Program-made: the position numbers and the translations under genes
Part shown: piece after piece, positions 8,694-17,917 of the stretch
How positions within the stretch are numbered: position 1 is the stretch's first letter
Layout: every line of letters begins with the position of its first letter
The notes under the pieces: model-generated
Databases searched by the model: none
What the model was told of the DNA's origin: nothing
The model's input: the letters and a program-made list of their open reading frames with translations, nothing else
Assembly (NCBI GenBank): GCA_017617445.1
Contig: JAFZWE010000012.1
Span: forward strand, 50,818 to 114,817
Reading direction: 5' to 3'
DNA length: 64,000 bases
DNA from: Bacteroidales bacterium
Lineage (GTDB): Bacteria; Bacteroidota; Bacteroidia; Bacteroidales; WCHB1-69

Positions 8694-10331
8694 CTATTTC
8701 CTGATTTTCACCCTTCTGAGATCCAACATGTTGGTGGGATTGGGCTCCAGTCCCTCCACATTTTTCTGCACAAAGCGAATGGCTTTGTCATAGTATAGCA
8801 GCATTGCCGGCGCATCCTCCATCAGCATGGAGTCCAAACGGGTGTAATAGTCGTTGCGCAGGGAATCATCCAGTATGGTTTGGGATTTTTCAAACATCCT
8901 GTCAAACTCCGGATTGACATAATGGGTATAGTTGGAACCGTTGGGCTGCAAATTCTTAGAGTAGAAAAGCGAAAGGTAGTTCTCAGAATCGGGATAATCG
9001 CAAATCCAAGAACCCCGGAAAGCGGGCAGACGGTAAGCTCGCATCATCTGCCGTTGTTGGGCCGACTGCTGCACGTCCAATTCAACAGTGACACCAATCT
9101 GTGCCAACTCGTGTTGGATGTATTGACATAAATCCAAATAAGATGCTGAAACAGAAATGGTTATTGGAGAAAGACCTTTACCTCCAGGGAAGCCGGCTTG
9201 GGCCAATAATTGTGCGGCACGCTGGGGATCATAGTGATAGCCCTTCACACGCTGTGCATCAAAAGAGGGCATTCCCATTGGTACAAATCCGGATGTCCCC
9301 GCATAACCGATGTTGTTGCGTAGATAACGCATCATTTTCTTCCGGTCAAAACCGTAATTCAATGCCTGTCGCACCTCTTTGATCAGCAATGGATTGCCGT
9401 CCCCATCGTCACGCAACATGAAGCCGATGTATTCGGTATTCAAATAGGGGGAGGTGAGCATTTGGATCTTGTCGGAATATTTGTTTTGCAATTCTCCGCT
9501 GGGGGTCAGCAGGGCATCCTTGTAACAGGCCTCAATGCCCGACATGAAATCCAAAGAGCCTTTCATGAACTCCATGAAAACGGATTGTTTGTCCACAATG
9601 AACGTAATGGCGACCGCATCCAGATAGGGAAGGCGTGTGCCGTTTTCGTCATACTCAAAATAGGCAGGGTTTTTCCGCAGTACCAATTTGACACCATCCT
9701 CCCACAATTGGAACTGGAACGGCCCCGTTCCCACCGGATGTCGCCCGAAATCCTTGCCATATTTTTCCACCACCTCTTTCGGCACCACGGAACAATATTT
9801 CATAGCCAAAATACCGAGGAAAGAGGGATTGGTTTGATCTAATTTTATTTGTAAAGTACTATCGTTTAATGCAATAAAATAATGTTTGCCATTGGGATCC
9901 GTGGCCACATGCTGAAATATCCAGCTTCCAGGGGAGGCCACAGAGGGATCCACAATACGTTGGAAGCTATAGACAAAATCATGAGCTGTCACTTGGCGTG
10001 GCGCAGGAAATTGATATTCAGGGGTGTTCTGGAAGAAAACATCCTGTCTCAGGTGGAAAGTGTACACTAAACCATCGGGACTGATATCCCAGCTTTTGGC
10101 TATGGAGGGTATCACCTGAAGAGAGTCATCCAAATCCACCAAGCCATTGTAAATCAAATTGCAGGGCCAAATGGTGGATTGCCCTGAGGAAAAGGCCGGA
10201 TCCAGAGAGGTGATGCCGCTGGATTCGTTGTAGTGGAATATCATCAAATCGCTGTTGTCATGCCGGTTGCCACAAGAGCAAAGCCAGAAGGACAAGGCAA
10301 AAAAGATGAAAAAAAATTTTATTTTTTTCAT
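8694..10331 (-). CDS. ABC transporter substrate-binding lipoprotein (family 5, peptide/nickel type); no permease adjacent
   Basis: The 545-aa ORF has the lipobox 'WLCSCGN'. Its length and sequence pattern resemble DppA/OppA-like SBPs. Confidence 0.75.
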   Translation of the reverse strand: MKKIKFFFIFFALSFWLCSCGNRHDNSDLMIFHYNESSGITSLDPAFSSGQSTIWPCNLIYNGLVDLDDSLQVIPSIAKSWDISPDGLVYTFHLRQDVFFQNTPEYQFPAPRQVTAHDFVYSFQRIVDPSVASPGSWIFQHVATDPNGKHYFIALNDSTLQIKLDQTNPSFLGILAMKYCSVVPKEVVEKYGKDFGRHPVGTGPFQFQLWEDGVKLVLRKNPAYFEYDENGTRLPYLDAVAITFIVDKQSVFMEFMKGSLDFMSGIEACYKDALLTPSGELQNKYSDKIQMLTSPYLNTEYIGFMLRDDGDGNPLLIKEVRQALNYGFDRKKMMRYLRNNIGYAGTSGFVPMGMPSFDAQRVKGYHYDPQRAAQLLAQAGFPGGKGLSPITISVSASYLDLCQYIQHELAQIGVTVELDVQQSAQQRQMMRAYRLPAFRGSWICDYPDSENYLSLFYSKNLQPNGSNYTHYVNPEFDRMFEKSQTILDDSLRNDYYTRLDSMLMEDAPAMLLYYDKAIRFVQKNVEGLEPNPTNMLDLRRVKIRK

Positions 10332-10346
10332 GGGGTCGTTTCTTGT

Positions 10347-10382
10347 AAAAAAAAAGAGATGAAATGTTATTATTTCACCTCT
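10347..10382 (-). terminator. Rho-independent terminator after the small lipoprotein gene
   Basis: The hairpin is agagatgaaat/atttcacctct (11 bp, 1 mismatch, 6-nt loop). It is followed on the minus strand by a 9-T run. Confidence 0.65.
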
Positions 10383-10404
10383 TCTTTTATTGATTTACAG
10401 AAAA

Positions 10405-10626
10405 TTAAGCAGCAGGTGCTTCGTTCTCCATTTCTTCACCTTCGGTCTCCATTTCTTCCAAATTGGCCATGTCAGTGGTGTCAATTTGAGGAGTGGCTGC
10501 GGTATCTACTTTAGCTGCAGCGGTGGCAGTGGTGTCCTTGTTTTCAGCATTTTCTTTTTTTGCTGTGTCACCACAAGAGGCGAACAAAAATGCGCTAACT
10601 GCTAAAATTGCAAATAATTTTTTCAT
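10405..10626 (-). CDS. Small acidic lipoprotein, unknown function
   Basis: The 73-aa ORF has the signal plus lipobox 'MKKLFAILAVSAFLFASCGD' and a T/A/E-rich tail. It has its own -7 box (10671..10678) and terminator (10347..10382). Confidence 0.6.
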   Translation of the reverse strand: MKKLFAILAVSAFLFASCGDTAKKENAENKDTTATAAAKVDTAATPQIDTTDMANLEEMETEGEEMENEAPAA

Positions 10627-10670
10627 AACTTACAGATTATTTGAATAATTGGTTTGATTTTTATTGGGCG

Positions 10671-10678
10671 CAAAAGTA
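10671..10678 (-). promoter_or_regulatory. -7 box (TACTTTTG) for the small lipoprotein gene
   Basis: The plus strand reads caaaagta, 45 nt upstream of the ATG at 10626. It overlaps the left arm of the ilvE terminator. Confidence 0.45.
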
Positions 10679-10710
10679 CAGCAATTTTGTAATTGCTGTA
10701 CTTTTTTTTT
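10672..10710. terminator. Bidirectional terminator after ilvE
   Basis: The perfect 11-bp stem gtacagcaatt/aattgctgtac has a 4-nt loop. It is flanked by AAAA and T9. Confidence 0.7.
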
Positions 10711-10721
10711 CATAATAAATG

Positions 10722-11747
10722 TTAATCAACATCAATGATGTCGCACCAGCCGAATTTGTCTTCCACTTCGCCGTACTGAATGCCAGTCAAGCGGTTGTAA
10801 AGTTTGACGCACCACGGGCCGGGTTCACCGTTCTTGGCAATCTGGAACACCTGTCCGCTTTCGCGATCCTGGATGCTGTCAACCGGAGAGATGACGGCGG
10901 CAGTACCGCAGGCGCCAGCCTCTTCGAAAGTGGCGATTTCATCAATCGGAATATGGCGGCGTTCAACGGTCAAGCCCATATCGGCAGCCAGCTCGCGGAG
11001 GCTCTTGTTGGTGATGGAGGGCAGGATGGAACCGGAATCCGGAGTGATATATTTGCCGTCCTTGATGCCGAAGAAGTTGGCGGGACCAGCCTCGTCAATG
11101 TACTGTTTTGTTTTGGCATCAGCAAAGATGGAGGCAGCAAACCCTTCGTGGTGAGCGCGTTCGCCGGCACGGAGGCTGGCAGCGTAGTTGCCACCCACTT
11201 TCACATGACCGGTACCCTGCGGGGCGGCACGGTCGAAGTCGCGCACAATCTGCATCGGAACAGGTTTGAAACCAGCCTTGAAGTAAGGTCCGACGGGCGT
11301 TACGAAGATCATGAAAAGATATTCGTCAGCGGGGCTGACACCAACCTTTGCACCAGTGCCGATGAGCAGCGGGCGGAGATACAGGCTTGCGCCGGTGCCG
11401 TACGGCGGGATGAAGTCGGCATTAAGCTGGACCACTTTCCAGCATGCCTCTTTGAAAAGTTCATCGGGAACCTTGGCCATCAGGATGGCTTCTGCGGAAC
11501 TTTGGAGACGGTGGCTGTTTTCAATCCAACGGAAGATACGCACCTTGCCGTCTTTTCCGCGGTAGCACTTCAAGCCCTCAAAGGCTTCCTGTCCGTAGTG
11601 CAGACAGGTGGCGGCCATGTGCATGGTGATGTCTTCTGAAGAGGACACTTCCAGCTGTCCCCATTTTCCGTTTCTGTAGTAGCAGCGAACATTGTAGTTC
11701 GTCTTGACATAACCAAAGGATAATTTACCCCAGTCAATGTTTTCCAT
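10722..11747 (-). CDS. ilvE: Branched-chain amino acid aminotransferase
   Basis: The 341-aa ORF shows class IV aminotransferase features ('EGLKCYRGKDGKVRIFR', 'GTGASLYLRPLLIG', 'VKVGGNYAASL'). Confidence 0.9.
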   Translation of the reverse strand: MENIDWGKLSFGYVKTNYNVRCYYRNGKWGQLEVSSSEDITMHMAATCLHYGQEAFEGLKCYRGKDGKVRIFRWIENSHRLQSSAEAILMAKVPDELFKEACWKVVQLNADFIPPYGTGASLYLRPLLIGTGAKVGVSPADEYLFMIFVTPVGPYFKAGFKPVPMQIVRDFDRAAPQGTGHVKVGGNYAASLRAGERAHHEGFAASIFADAKTKQYIDEAGPANFFGIKDGKYITPDSGSILPSITNKSLRELAADMGLTVERRHIPIDEIATFEEAGACGTAAVISPVDSIQDRESGQVFQIAKNGEPGPWCVKLYNRLTGIQYGEVEDKFGWCDIIDVD

Positions 11748-11789
11748 AGTTTTTTATTTTAATTATTTGATTAATAAAATGTTGTTTTT

Positions 11790-12302
11790 CTAAACATAGT
11801 GCAAAGTGCGGATGTCATCGGCATTGATTTTGGCGCGTCCGTCCAATGCTTGGATTTCCATCAGGAAATGTGTGGCGATGAAAGAGGGCTTGAAATTCCG
11901 CACGAGCTCAATGGCGGCTGCAGCAGTACCCCCAGTGGCAAGGATGTCGTCAAAAATGAGCACACGCTGGTTCTCCTTCATGGCATCAGTGTGCACCTCA
12001 ATGGAGGCCTCGCCGTACTCCAGCTGGTACGTGGCCTTGTAGGTGGAGTAGGGGAGCTTGCCCGCTTTGCGGATGGGCACAAACGGCACATGCAACGCGA
12101 GGGCCAGCGCGGGGGCGAAGAAATAGCCACGCGCCTCTAAACCCACAATCACATCCGGTTTTATCTCTTTGGCCATCTCCAACAACATGTTAAACACCTC
12201 CTGAAAATAGTCAGCGTTGTTCATGATGGTAGTGATGTCTAAAAATTGAATCCCTTTCTTCGGGAAATCAGGAATTACGCGGATTTTACTGGTATCAAGC
12301 AT
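11790..12302 (-). CDS. apt: Adenine phosphoribosyltransferase
   Basis: The 170-aa ORF has the PRPP-binding motif 'VLIFDDILATGGTA' and 'FPKKGIQFLDIT'. Confidence 0.9.
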   Translation of the reverse strand: MLDTSKIRVIPDFPKKGIQFLDITTIMNNADYFQEVFNMLLEMAKEIKPDVIVGLEARGYFFAPALALALHVPFVPIRKAGKLPYSTYKATYQLEYGEASIEVHTDAMKENQRVLIFDDILATGGTAAAAIELVRNFKPSFIATHFLMEIQALDGRAKINADDIRTLHYV

Positions 12303-12327
12303 ACTTTTCGTTTTTCAAATCAAGGTG

Positions 12328-12335
12328 CAAAGTTA
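12328..12335 (-). promoter_or_regulatory. -7 box (TAACTTTG) for apt
   Basis: The plus strand reads caaagtta, 26 nt upstream of the ATG at 12302. Confidence 0.5.
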
Positions 12336-12356
12336 CACTTTTATTTTGATATTCCT

Positions 12357-13703
12357 CTACTCTTTTTTGATAAAAATAAATGTTTTTATTCCTCTTTTCC
12401 CGTAAATGGCAAAAATATATTTCCCAGGAATTATTTTGTTGCTGTTCAATCCAATAGTATTTTCATGCAACACACCTTTTGCCACTTTCCGTCCATTCAT
12501 GCCAATGATTTCGTAGTTAGAACCCGCATAGTCTGCGGGGTAGTCGATATGGAGTCGGTCAGAAGTGGGATTAGGGTAGATGCGGAAACCCTCTGAGTCG
12601 TAATGCTGGATTCCAATAGTGTCTGTGGGAATGGTGTCTGTGGGGACAGTATCCGTAGGTATGGTATCCGTTGGAATGGTATCGAAGGTGGCGAGGTAGG
12701 GGAGAAGGTAGTCACTGAAATCCAGCCGTTGCAGTTTCGCCGGACGGTCAATGGTGATGCCTAGCTGCGTGGTGGTGAAGTGTTCATTGGTAATGTAGAA
12801 ATCCGTGGCGTTGCTGGTGGCGATGGCTTCTACCTGGTCTTTTACCAAAGTGCCAAAATTCAAACGACGTTTGTTGCCCGAAAAGAATTCTTCCCCTTGA
12901 AAATCATAAAGTAACACAATAAATGGATGCAGTGATGAAAGGTAGCTGCCGCCGTTGTAGTCGTAGCCGCAAAGGGCTGCCAGGCGGTATTCGGGCACGT
13001 AGGTCGCACCGGTGACCAACCCGCCCACGTTGTAGGTGGCTCCCCGTCGGGCGACATGTGTGCCGGGCGTTTTCGGAAGCGCATAGAGGGTGGTCTGCTC
13101 CGACGCCCACTGCTTGGTGAACAGGTAGATACTGTCACGCCCCACAATGAACGACTCGCAGTCGAAATCGGTGGCCTGCGGATGCGAGGTGAAGTCGGTC
13201 TGGTCTTCGTATGAAAACCAGATGGTATCCACCGCAAAGGTCTGATCCAGCAGCGATGCTTTGCTGATACGCAGGATGTGCAAATCCTGTCGCACGCCGC
13301 TGTTGTTGCCGAAATCGCCGAAATAGAGATACAGACTGTCTTGCGACACCTCTTCCGTATCACAACTGCTTATTCCACTGATACACAATGTTTCAGCAAT
13401 GGCTGCAGTGGTGCTGTCCAAACGGTACAGACAGCAGTCGTTGTGGTCGGGGTAGGTCCAGTAGCCGCCGTTCCAAAAGAGTAGGGTAGAGGAGCCCTCT
13501 ATCGAGGCATCCAGCTGCCCGATCTCCACGGGACTGATGGTAGTGGAAGCATACTCGCAGCTGCCATCGTTCACGGTGGCATTGGCATTGTAGTTCGTGG
13601 CCAGCGGGTCGGTGCAGCCACAAACCTGAGCTGCCACGGGCATCGTGGCCATCAACAGAACTCCTAAGAAAACTATCAGGGAACGCATATTACTGATTTT
13701 CAA
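12357..13703 (-). CDS. T9SS type A sorting-domain secreted protein
   Basis: The 448-aa ORF has a signal peptide and an N-terminal 'CGCTDPLATNYNANATVNDGSCEY' module. It also has a PTDTI pentapeptide repeat and the C-terminal 'RIYPNPTSDRLHI...' T9SS CTD. Confidence 0.8.
   Translation of the reverse strand: MKISNMRSLIVFLGVLLMATMPVAAQVCGCTDPLATNYNANATVNDGSCEYASTTISPVEIGQLDASIEGSSTLLFWNGGYWTYPDHNDCCLYRLDSTTAAIAETLCISGISSCDTEEVSQDSLYLYFGDFGNNSGVRQDLHILRISKASLLDQTFAVDTIWFSYEDQTDFTSHPQATDFDCESFIVGRDSIYLFTKQWASEQTTLYALPKTPGTHVARRGATYNVGGLVTGATYVPEYRLAALCGYDYNGGSYLSSLHPFIVLLYDFQGEEFFSGNKRRLNFGTLVKDQVEAIATSNATDFYITNEHFTTTQLGITIDRPAKLQRLDFSDYLLPYLATFDTIPTDTIPTDTVPTDTIPTDTIGIQHYDSEGFRIYPNPTSDRLHIDYPADYAGSNYEIIGMNGRKVAKGVLHENTIGLNSNKIIPGKYIFAIYGKRGIKTFIFIKKE
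12615..12689 (-). repeat. Tandem 15-bp coding repeat (about 5 copies) encoding (P/I)TDTI pentapeptides
   Basis: The units are aatagtgtctgtggg / aatggtgtctgtggg / gacagtatccgtagg / tatggtatccgttgg / aatggtatcgaaggt. The protein reads 'DTIPTDTIPTDTVPTDTIPTDTIG'. Confidence 0.85.
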
Positions 13704-13732
13704 TTCTCAATTTTCAATTTTCAGTTTTCATT

Positions 13733-14506
13733 TTACTTCATTCCTCTGGCTTTACGAATATTGTCGTAAGCCTGACTGAGACGGGCGAACTTTTCCTCTG
13801 CGGCCTTTCGCATCTCTTCTCCGAGGTGAGCCACTCTGTCTGGATGATGTTTCTTGGCCAGTGCACGGTAGGCTTTCTTCACTTCATCATCTGTGGCGTC
13901 TTGGGAAATTTCCAGAATTTTGTAGTCGTTGGAGAGCTCTTCTGCCTTGGAGGTGTATCCAGAGCTTCTGTAACCACCGCCAGCTTGTCCGGAGGTGCTC
14001 CCCATAAACATGTGCTTGATGGATTCATAGTCGCCCGGTGCCACCCCCATCCACATGGAAATGTTGCGGATCATGGAGATTTCATCCGGATGCAAAAAGC
14101 CATCTGCATTGGCCAGTCCAAAAAGGTACTGCACAATCAACAGTCGCTCATGAATGGAGGATTCTGTGCGCAATGTGGCACATACCGACTGGATGTTGTA
14201 GTCGTTTTTCATGATTTCCTGCAAACGGTGCAAGGCATCTTCCGTGCGACTCGGTCCCAGTGCATTCATCAGGAAATCACGAAGATAATACAATTCAGAC
14301 CGCTTGAAATGCCCGTCTGCCTTGATAACTGCGGAAGAAAGGATCAGCAAAGATTCGGTGAAATCCTGGCGATTATACACTCGGGTGTGAACCTTTACTG
14401 TAGGACGAAGGAGAGAATCCACAACCATGCCGATGATATACCCTAATACAGCGCCCCCCAATCCGCCAGTGATGGCTCCAATGATAATTCCCGCTAACCT
14501 GAACAC
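13733..14506 (-). CDS. DjlA-like membrane co-chaperone (TerB-like domain plus C-terminal J domain)
   Basis: The 257-aa ORF has an N-terminal TM segment and a J domain 'DYKILEISQDATDDEVKKAYRALAKKHHPDRV' containing HPD. Confidence 0.8.
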   Translation of the reverse strand: MFRLAGIIIGAITGGLGGAVLGYIIGMVVDSLLRPTVKVHTRVYNRQDFTESLLILSSAVIKADGHFKRSELYYLRDFLMNALGPSRTEDALHRLQEIMKNDYNIQSVCATLRTESSIHERLLIVQYLFGLANADGFLHPDEISMIRNISMWMGVAPGDYESIKHMFMGSTSGQAGGGYRSSGYTSKAEELSNDYKILEISQDATDDEVKKAYRALAKKHHPDRVAHLGEEMRKAAEEKFARLSQAYDNIRKARGMK

Positions 14507-14512
14507 TTTTTC

Positions 14513-15802
14513 CTAAATTTTTTTCCCGTACAAATCAAAATGGTCGGCTCGATCTATCCTGACAGAGTAGAAATCTCCGACATTCAGTTTTTCATTTTTT
14601 TGAATCAGCACAGAATCATCCACTTCCGGAGAGTCAAATTCACTTCTGCCGATGTAATATTGATCATTTTCCTCATCAATAATAACTTTAAGTACACTTC
14701 CTATCTTCTTTTTATTCAGCTCTAAAGATATTTTTTCCTGTAAGGAAATCAACTCTTCAAGACGGCGGTTTTTCTCACGTTCCTTGATGGGATCTCCCAG
14801 AGGAAAAGCGGGAGTGCCCTCTTCTTGGGAATAGGAGAAAAAGCCCAAACGGTCGAATTTTATATCTTCCACAAAACGAAGCAGTTCCTTATGTTGTTCG
14901 CGACTTTCTGTGGGGTAGCCGGAGATGAGGGTGGATCGAAGTGCAATGCCGGGCACCTTTTCCCGCATTCGTTCCAGCAGCTTGTAGATTTGCGCTGATG
15001 TACCGCCCCGGCCCATGCTTTTCAGCACCTCTTCATTGATGTGCTGCAGCGGAATGTCCATGTAACGGCAGATGTTGGGATAGTCGTTCATGACATCCAG
15101 CACCTCATACGGGAAGTTGACGGGATAGGCATAATGCAGCCGAATCCACTCTATCCCTTTGATTTGGGCTATTTTGCGGAGTAGTCGTTCCAAATCGCGA
15201 TGCTGGTATAGGTCCACACCATAGTTGGTGAGATCCTGGGCGATAAGCATCAGTTCCTTCACCCCCTTGTCGGCCAGCAATTCCGCCTCGCGGACCAGCG
15301 TTTCTATGGGTTTTGACACCTGCTTGCCGCGAATGAGCGGGATGGCGCAGTAGGCACAATGACGGTCGCACCCCTCGGAAATCTTCAGGTACGCGTAGTG
15401 CAGGGGAGTGGAGAGGACCCGCTCTGTCTGCTGCAGCATGTCAAAGCGGGGCATGCCCAAGAGTTCGTTGAGCCGTGCAAAAGGAAAGATGCCGTCCACC
15501 TCGGGGATGCTCTCTTTCAAATCCGCTTCATAGCGTTGTGCCAGACAACCGATGACGTAAACTTTTTTGACAAACCCCTGTTTTTTCCGCTCCACTTGAT
15601 AGAGAATTTCATCAATGGCCTGCGCCTTAGCGTCATGGATGAACGCACAGGTATTGACAATCACGATGTCAAAGTTCCGGTTGGAGTTGGAATTGTGGAA
15701 AACACGGTGCCCATTGCGCTGCAACTGCGCTGCCAAAACTTCTGAATCCACGCTGTTTTTGGAACACCCCAGTGTGATAATATTGATTGTCATACGGTTC
15801 AA
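14513..15802 (-). CDS. rimO: Ribosomal protein S12 methylthiotransferase
   Basis: The 429-aa ORF has 'ITLGCSKN', the radical-SAM motif 'CDRHCAYCAIP' and a C-terminal TRAM-like region. Confidence 0.9.
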   Translation of the reverse strand: MNRMTINIITLGCSKNSVDSEVLAAQLQRNGHRVFHNSNSNRNFDIVIVNTCAFIHDAKAQAIDEILYQVERKKQGFVKKVYVIGCLAQRYEADLKESIPEVDGIFPFARLNELLGMPRFDMLQQTERVLSTPLHYAYLKISEGCDRHCAYCAIPLIRGKQVSKPIETLVREAELLADKGVKELMLIAQDLTNYGVDLYQHRDLERLLRKIAQIKGIEWIRLHYAYPVNFPYEVLDVMNDYPNICRYMDIPLQHINEEVLKSMGRGGTSAQIYKLLERMREKVPGIALRSTLISGYPTESREQHKELLRFVEDIKFDRLGFFSYSQEEGTPAFPLGDPIKEREKNRRLEELISLQEKISLELNKKKIGSVLKVIIDEENDQYYIGRSEFDSPEVDDSVLIQKNEKLNVGDFYSVRIDRADHFDLYGKKI

Positions 15803-15805
15803 TAT

Positions 15806-15871
15806 CTGATGATAAAGTTAAAAGGAGATGAGTCATGTATGTTGACAGGTCTCCTTTTAACTGATGATAAA
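15806..15871. repeat. 45-bp inverted-repeat hairpin flanked by 10-11 bp direct repeats (c)tgatgataaa
   Basis: The direct repeats are at 15806..15816 and 15861..15871. The inverted repeat arms are at 15817..15828 and 15850..15861. Confidence 0.8.
15817..15861 (-). terminator. Hairpin after gcvT (12-bp perfect stem, 21-nt loop)
   Basis: The stem is gttaaaaggaga...tctccttttaac. There is no strong T-run, so terminator function is uncertain. Confidence 0.4.
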
Positions 15872-15891
15872 TTCAAAGAGTAGGTTGAAGT

Positions 15892-16983
15892 TTAGTTGCC
15901 TTTATAGAAGGGCATCTTAACTACAACAGCCTTGAGGAGTTTTTCACGCACCTTGATATAAATTTCGGTATCCACCTTGGAGAATTCCGTTTTCACCCAT
16001 GCGGTTCCCACATTTTTCTCAATGCTCGGTCCGTGTGTGCCTGAACGCACGATACCGATATGGTTGCCTTCAGCATCGCAAACTTCATATTCCAAACGCG
16101 GAATACCACGATCAATCATTTCAAAACCAACGAGTTTGCGTTTCAAACCCTCAGCCTTGAGGTTGAGCATGTACTCTTTATCAATGCAATCCTTGGCATT
16201 GAGCTTGGTGATCCAGCCCAGACCAGCCTCGATGGGACAGATGGTGTCGTCGATTTCGTGGCCGTAGAGGCAGAAACCCATCTCCAGACGGAGGGTGTCG
16301 CGAGCTCCCAGACCAATGGGTTTGATATCATATTCCTTGCCGGCTTCAAAAACAGCGTCCCAAATTTTCATTGCATCTTCATTCTTGAAGTAGATTTCGC
16401 AACCGCCCGAACCGGTATAACCAGTGGTAGAGAAGATTACGTTCGGAATGCCGGCGAAGGTAAGGGTTTTGGTGGTATAATACTCCATGTCGGTGACGGG
16501 AGTCTCGGTCAGCTTCTGCATGGCTTTGAGTGCCAGAGGACCTTGGATGGCCAATTGGGAAATCTGGTCGGAAATGTTGGCGATTTCAGCACCGAATTTC
16601 TCGTTCTGCTGGCTCACCCATGCCCAGTCTTTGTCAATGTTGGCAGCGTTCACCACCAGCAGGTAATCGTTTTCAGCGAGGTTATAAACCAAAAGGTCGT
16701 CCACGATACCGCCTTTGCCGTTCGGGAAGCAGGAATACTGCACCTTGCCGGGATAGAGAGCAGCCACATCGTTGGAAGTGATATATTGCAGAAGATCAAG
16801 TGCTTTGGGACCTTTGACAGTGAATTCGCCCATGTGTGAGACATCAAAAACACCCACTTTGCTTCTTACATGAAGGTGTTCGGCTGTGACGCCTTCATAC
16901 TGTACAGGCATCCAAAAGCCTGCAAATTCCACCATCTTTGCACCTAATTTCTCGTGCGTTTCTTTAAAAACAGTTGTTTTCAT
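15892..16983 (-). CDS. gcvT: Glycine cleavage system aminomethyltransferase
   Basis: The 363-aa ORF has 'GVFDVSHMGEF' and 'GLGARDTLRLE'. Confidence 0.95.
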   Translation of the reverse strand: MKTTVFKETHEKLGAKMVEFAGFWMPVQYEGVTAEHLHVRSKVGVFDVSHMGEFTVKGPKALDLLQYITSNDVAALYPGKVQYSCFPNGKGGIVDDLLVYNLAENDYLLVVNAANIDKDWAWVSQQNEKFGAEIANISDQISQLAIQGPLALKAMQKLTETPVTDMEYYTTKTLTFAGIPNVIFSTTGYTGSGGCEIYFKNEDAMKIWDAVFEAGKEYDIKPIGLGARDTLRLEMGFCLYGHEIDDTICPIEAGLGWITKLNAKDCIDKEYMLNLKAEGLKRKLVGFEMIDRGIPRLEYEVCDAEGNHIGIVRSGTHGPSIEKNVGTAWVKTEFSKVDTEIYIKVREKLLKAVVVKMPFYKGN

Positions 16984-17047
16984 AGTTACAATGATTTACT
17001 TAATAATATATATTGTTGCGTTCAATTACAATTTTTAAAAACAGCTG

Positions 17048-17055
17048 CAAAATTA
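17048..17055 (-). promoter_or_regulatory. -7 box (TAATTTTG) for gcvT
   Basis: The plus strand reads caaaatta, 65 nt upstream of the ATG at 16983. Confidence 0.45.
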
Positions 17056-17098
17056 CGCTTTTTTTTTGGATTTTTTTTAACGCTTTTGAAATATTGTG

Positions 17099-17106
17099 TA
17101 TTTTTG
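17099..17106 (+). promoter_or_regulatory. -7 box (TATTTTTG) for the 17143 gene
   Basis: The box reads tatttttg, 37 nt before the ATG at 17143. Confidence 0.5.
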
Positions 17107-17142
17107 CACGTTCAATTTTGCAATGAATCAAATTTTACATCA

Positions 17143-17841
17143 ATGAAGAAAATTAGCTTGTTACTGTTGGCCGTCCTTACCATCGGCCTGAACACTGTGA
17201 ATGCCCAAAAACCTTTTGCTGGCATAATCAAATCTAAAGTGACCATTGAAGGAACCACTGATCCAAACATCCTAGCTCAAGTACCCGACGAACTGGTGGT
17301 TTACATGTATGGAAATTATACTAAAACCGTTGTGAAATCTCCCGGTGCTATCGTCAGCGTTATCACAAATGGCGAAACAAAAGTGATGAACCAAATTTTT
17401 GAAGTAACGGGTATGGGGAAATATATTATTGAAACCACAGAATCCGAAATATCAGAAGCACACGCAAACAGGGAATACAACTACAATTATACGGGTGAAA
17501 AGAAAATGATCGCCGGTTACTCTTGTGAAAAGGTTATTCTCACCACCATTGACAAGGAAACCGATGAAGAAACGGAATTGATCCTGTATGTCAGCAAAGA
17601 TCTGAACGCTAATCCCAATATCAATTTCGCCAGCCAGCCCGGTCTTGTGGGTTATCCGCTCTGTACGCAAGCCAAAACTGAAATCAATGGCACTGAAATC
17701 ACCCAAACCACTGAAGCATTTGAAGTTACACCAAGCAAAAAAGTCAAACTTGTGGACTTCATGCTCCCGTCAGATGGACAGAAGGTTACCATGGAAGAAT
17801 TAATGAAAAAATTTGGCATGGGTGGAGATGACGATGAATAG
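17143..17841 (+). CDS. Secreted hypothetical protein (possibly DUF4412-like)
   Basis: ORF 16954..17841. I set the start at the internal Met with signal peptide 'MKKISLLLLAVLTIGLNTVNAQ'. A -7 box at 17099..17106 lies inside the ORF-track N-terminal extension. Confidence 0.65.
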   Translation: MKKISLLLLAVLTIGLNTVNAQKPFAGIIKSKVTIEGTTDPNILAQVPDELVVYMYGNYTKTVVKSPGAIVSVITNGETKVMNQIFEVTGMGKYIIETTESEISEAHANREYNYNYTGEKKMIAGYSCEKVILTTIDKETDEETELILYVSKDLNANPNINFASQPGLVGYPLCTQAKTEINGTEITQTTEAFEVTPSKKVKLVDFMLPSDGQKVTMEELMKKFGMGGDDDE

Positions 17842-17868
17842 GAATTTGAATTTCTGAATTTTCAATAG

Positions 17869-17903
17869 GGGAGGATGTAAAATGAACATTCTCCCTGTTT
17901 TTT
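17869..17903 (+). terminator. Rho-independent terminator after the 17143..17841 gene
   Basis: The stem is gggaggatgt/acattctccc (10 bp, one G-U), followed by a tgtttttt run. Confidence 0.65.
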
Positions 17904-17917
17904 ATATACAAAATACT

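Noticed and set aside
16984-17047. Possible glycine riboswitch in the gcvT leader
   Set aside because: The leader is only about 65 nt and extremely AT-rich. I could see no paired aptamer-like GC stems.
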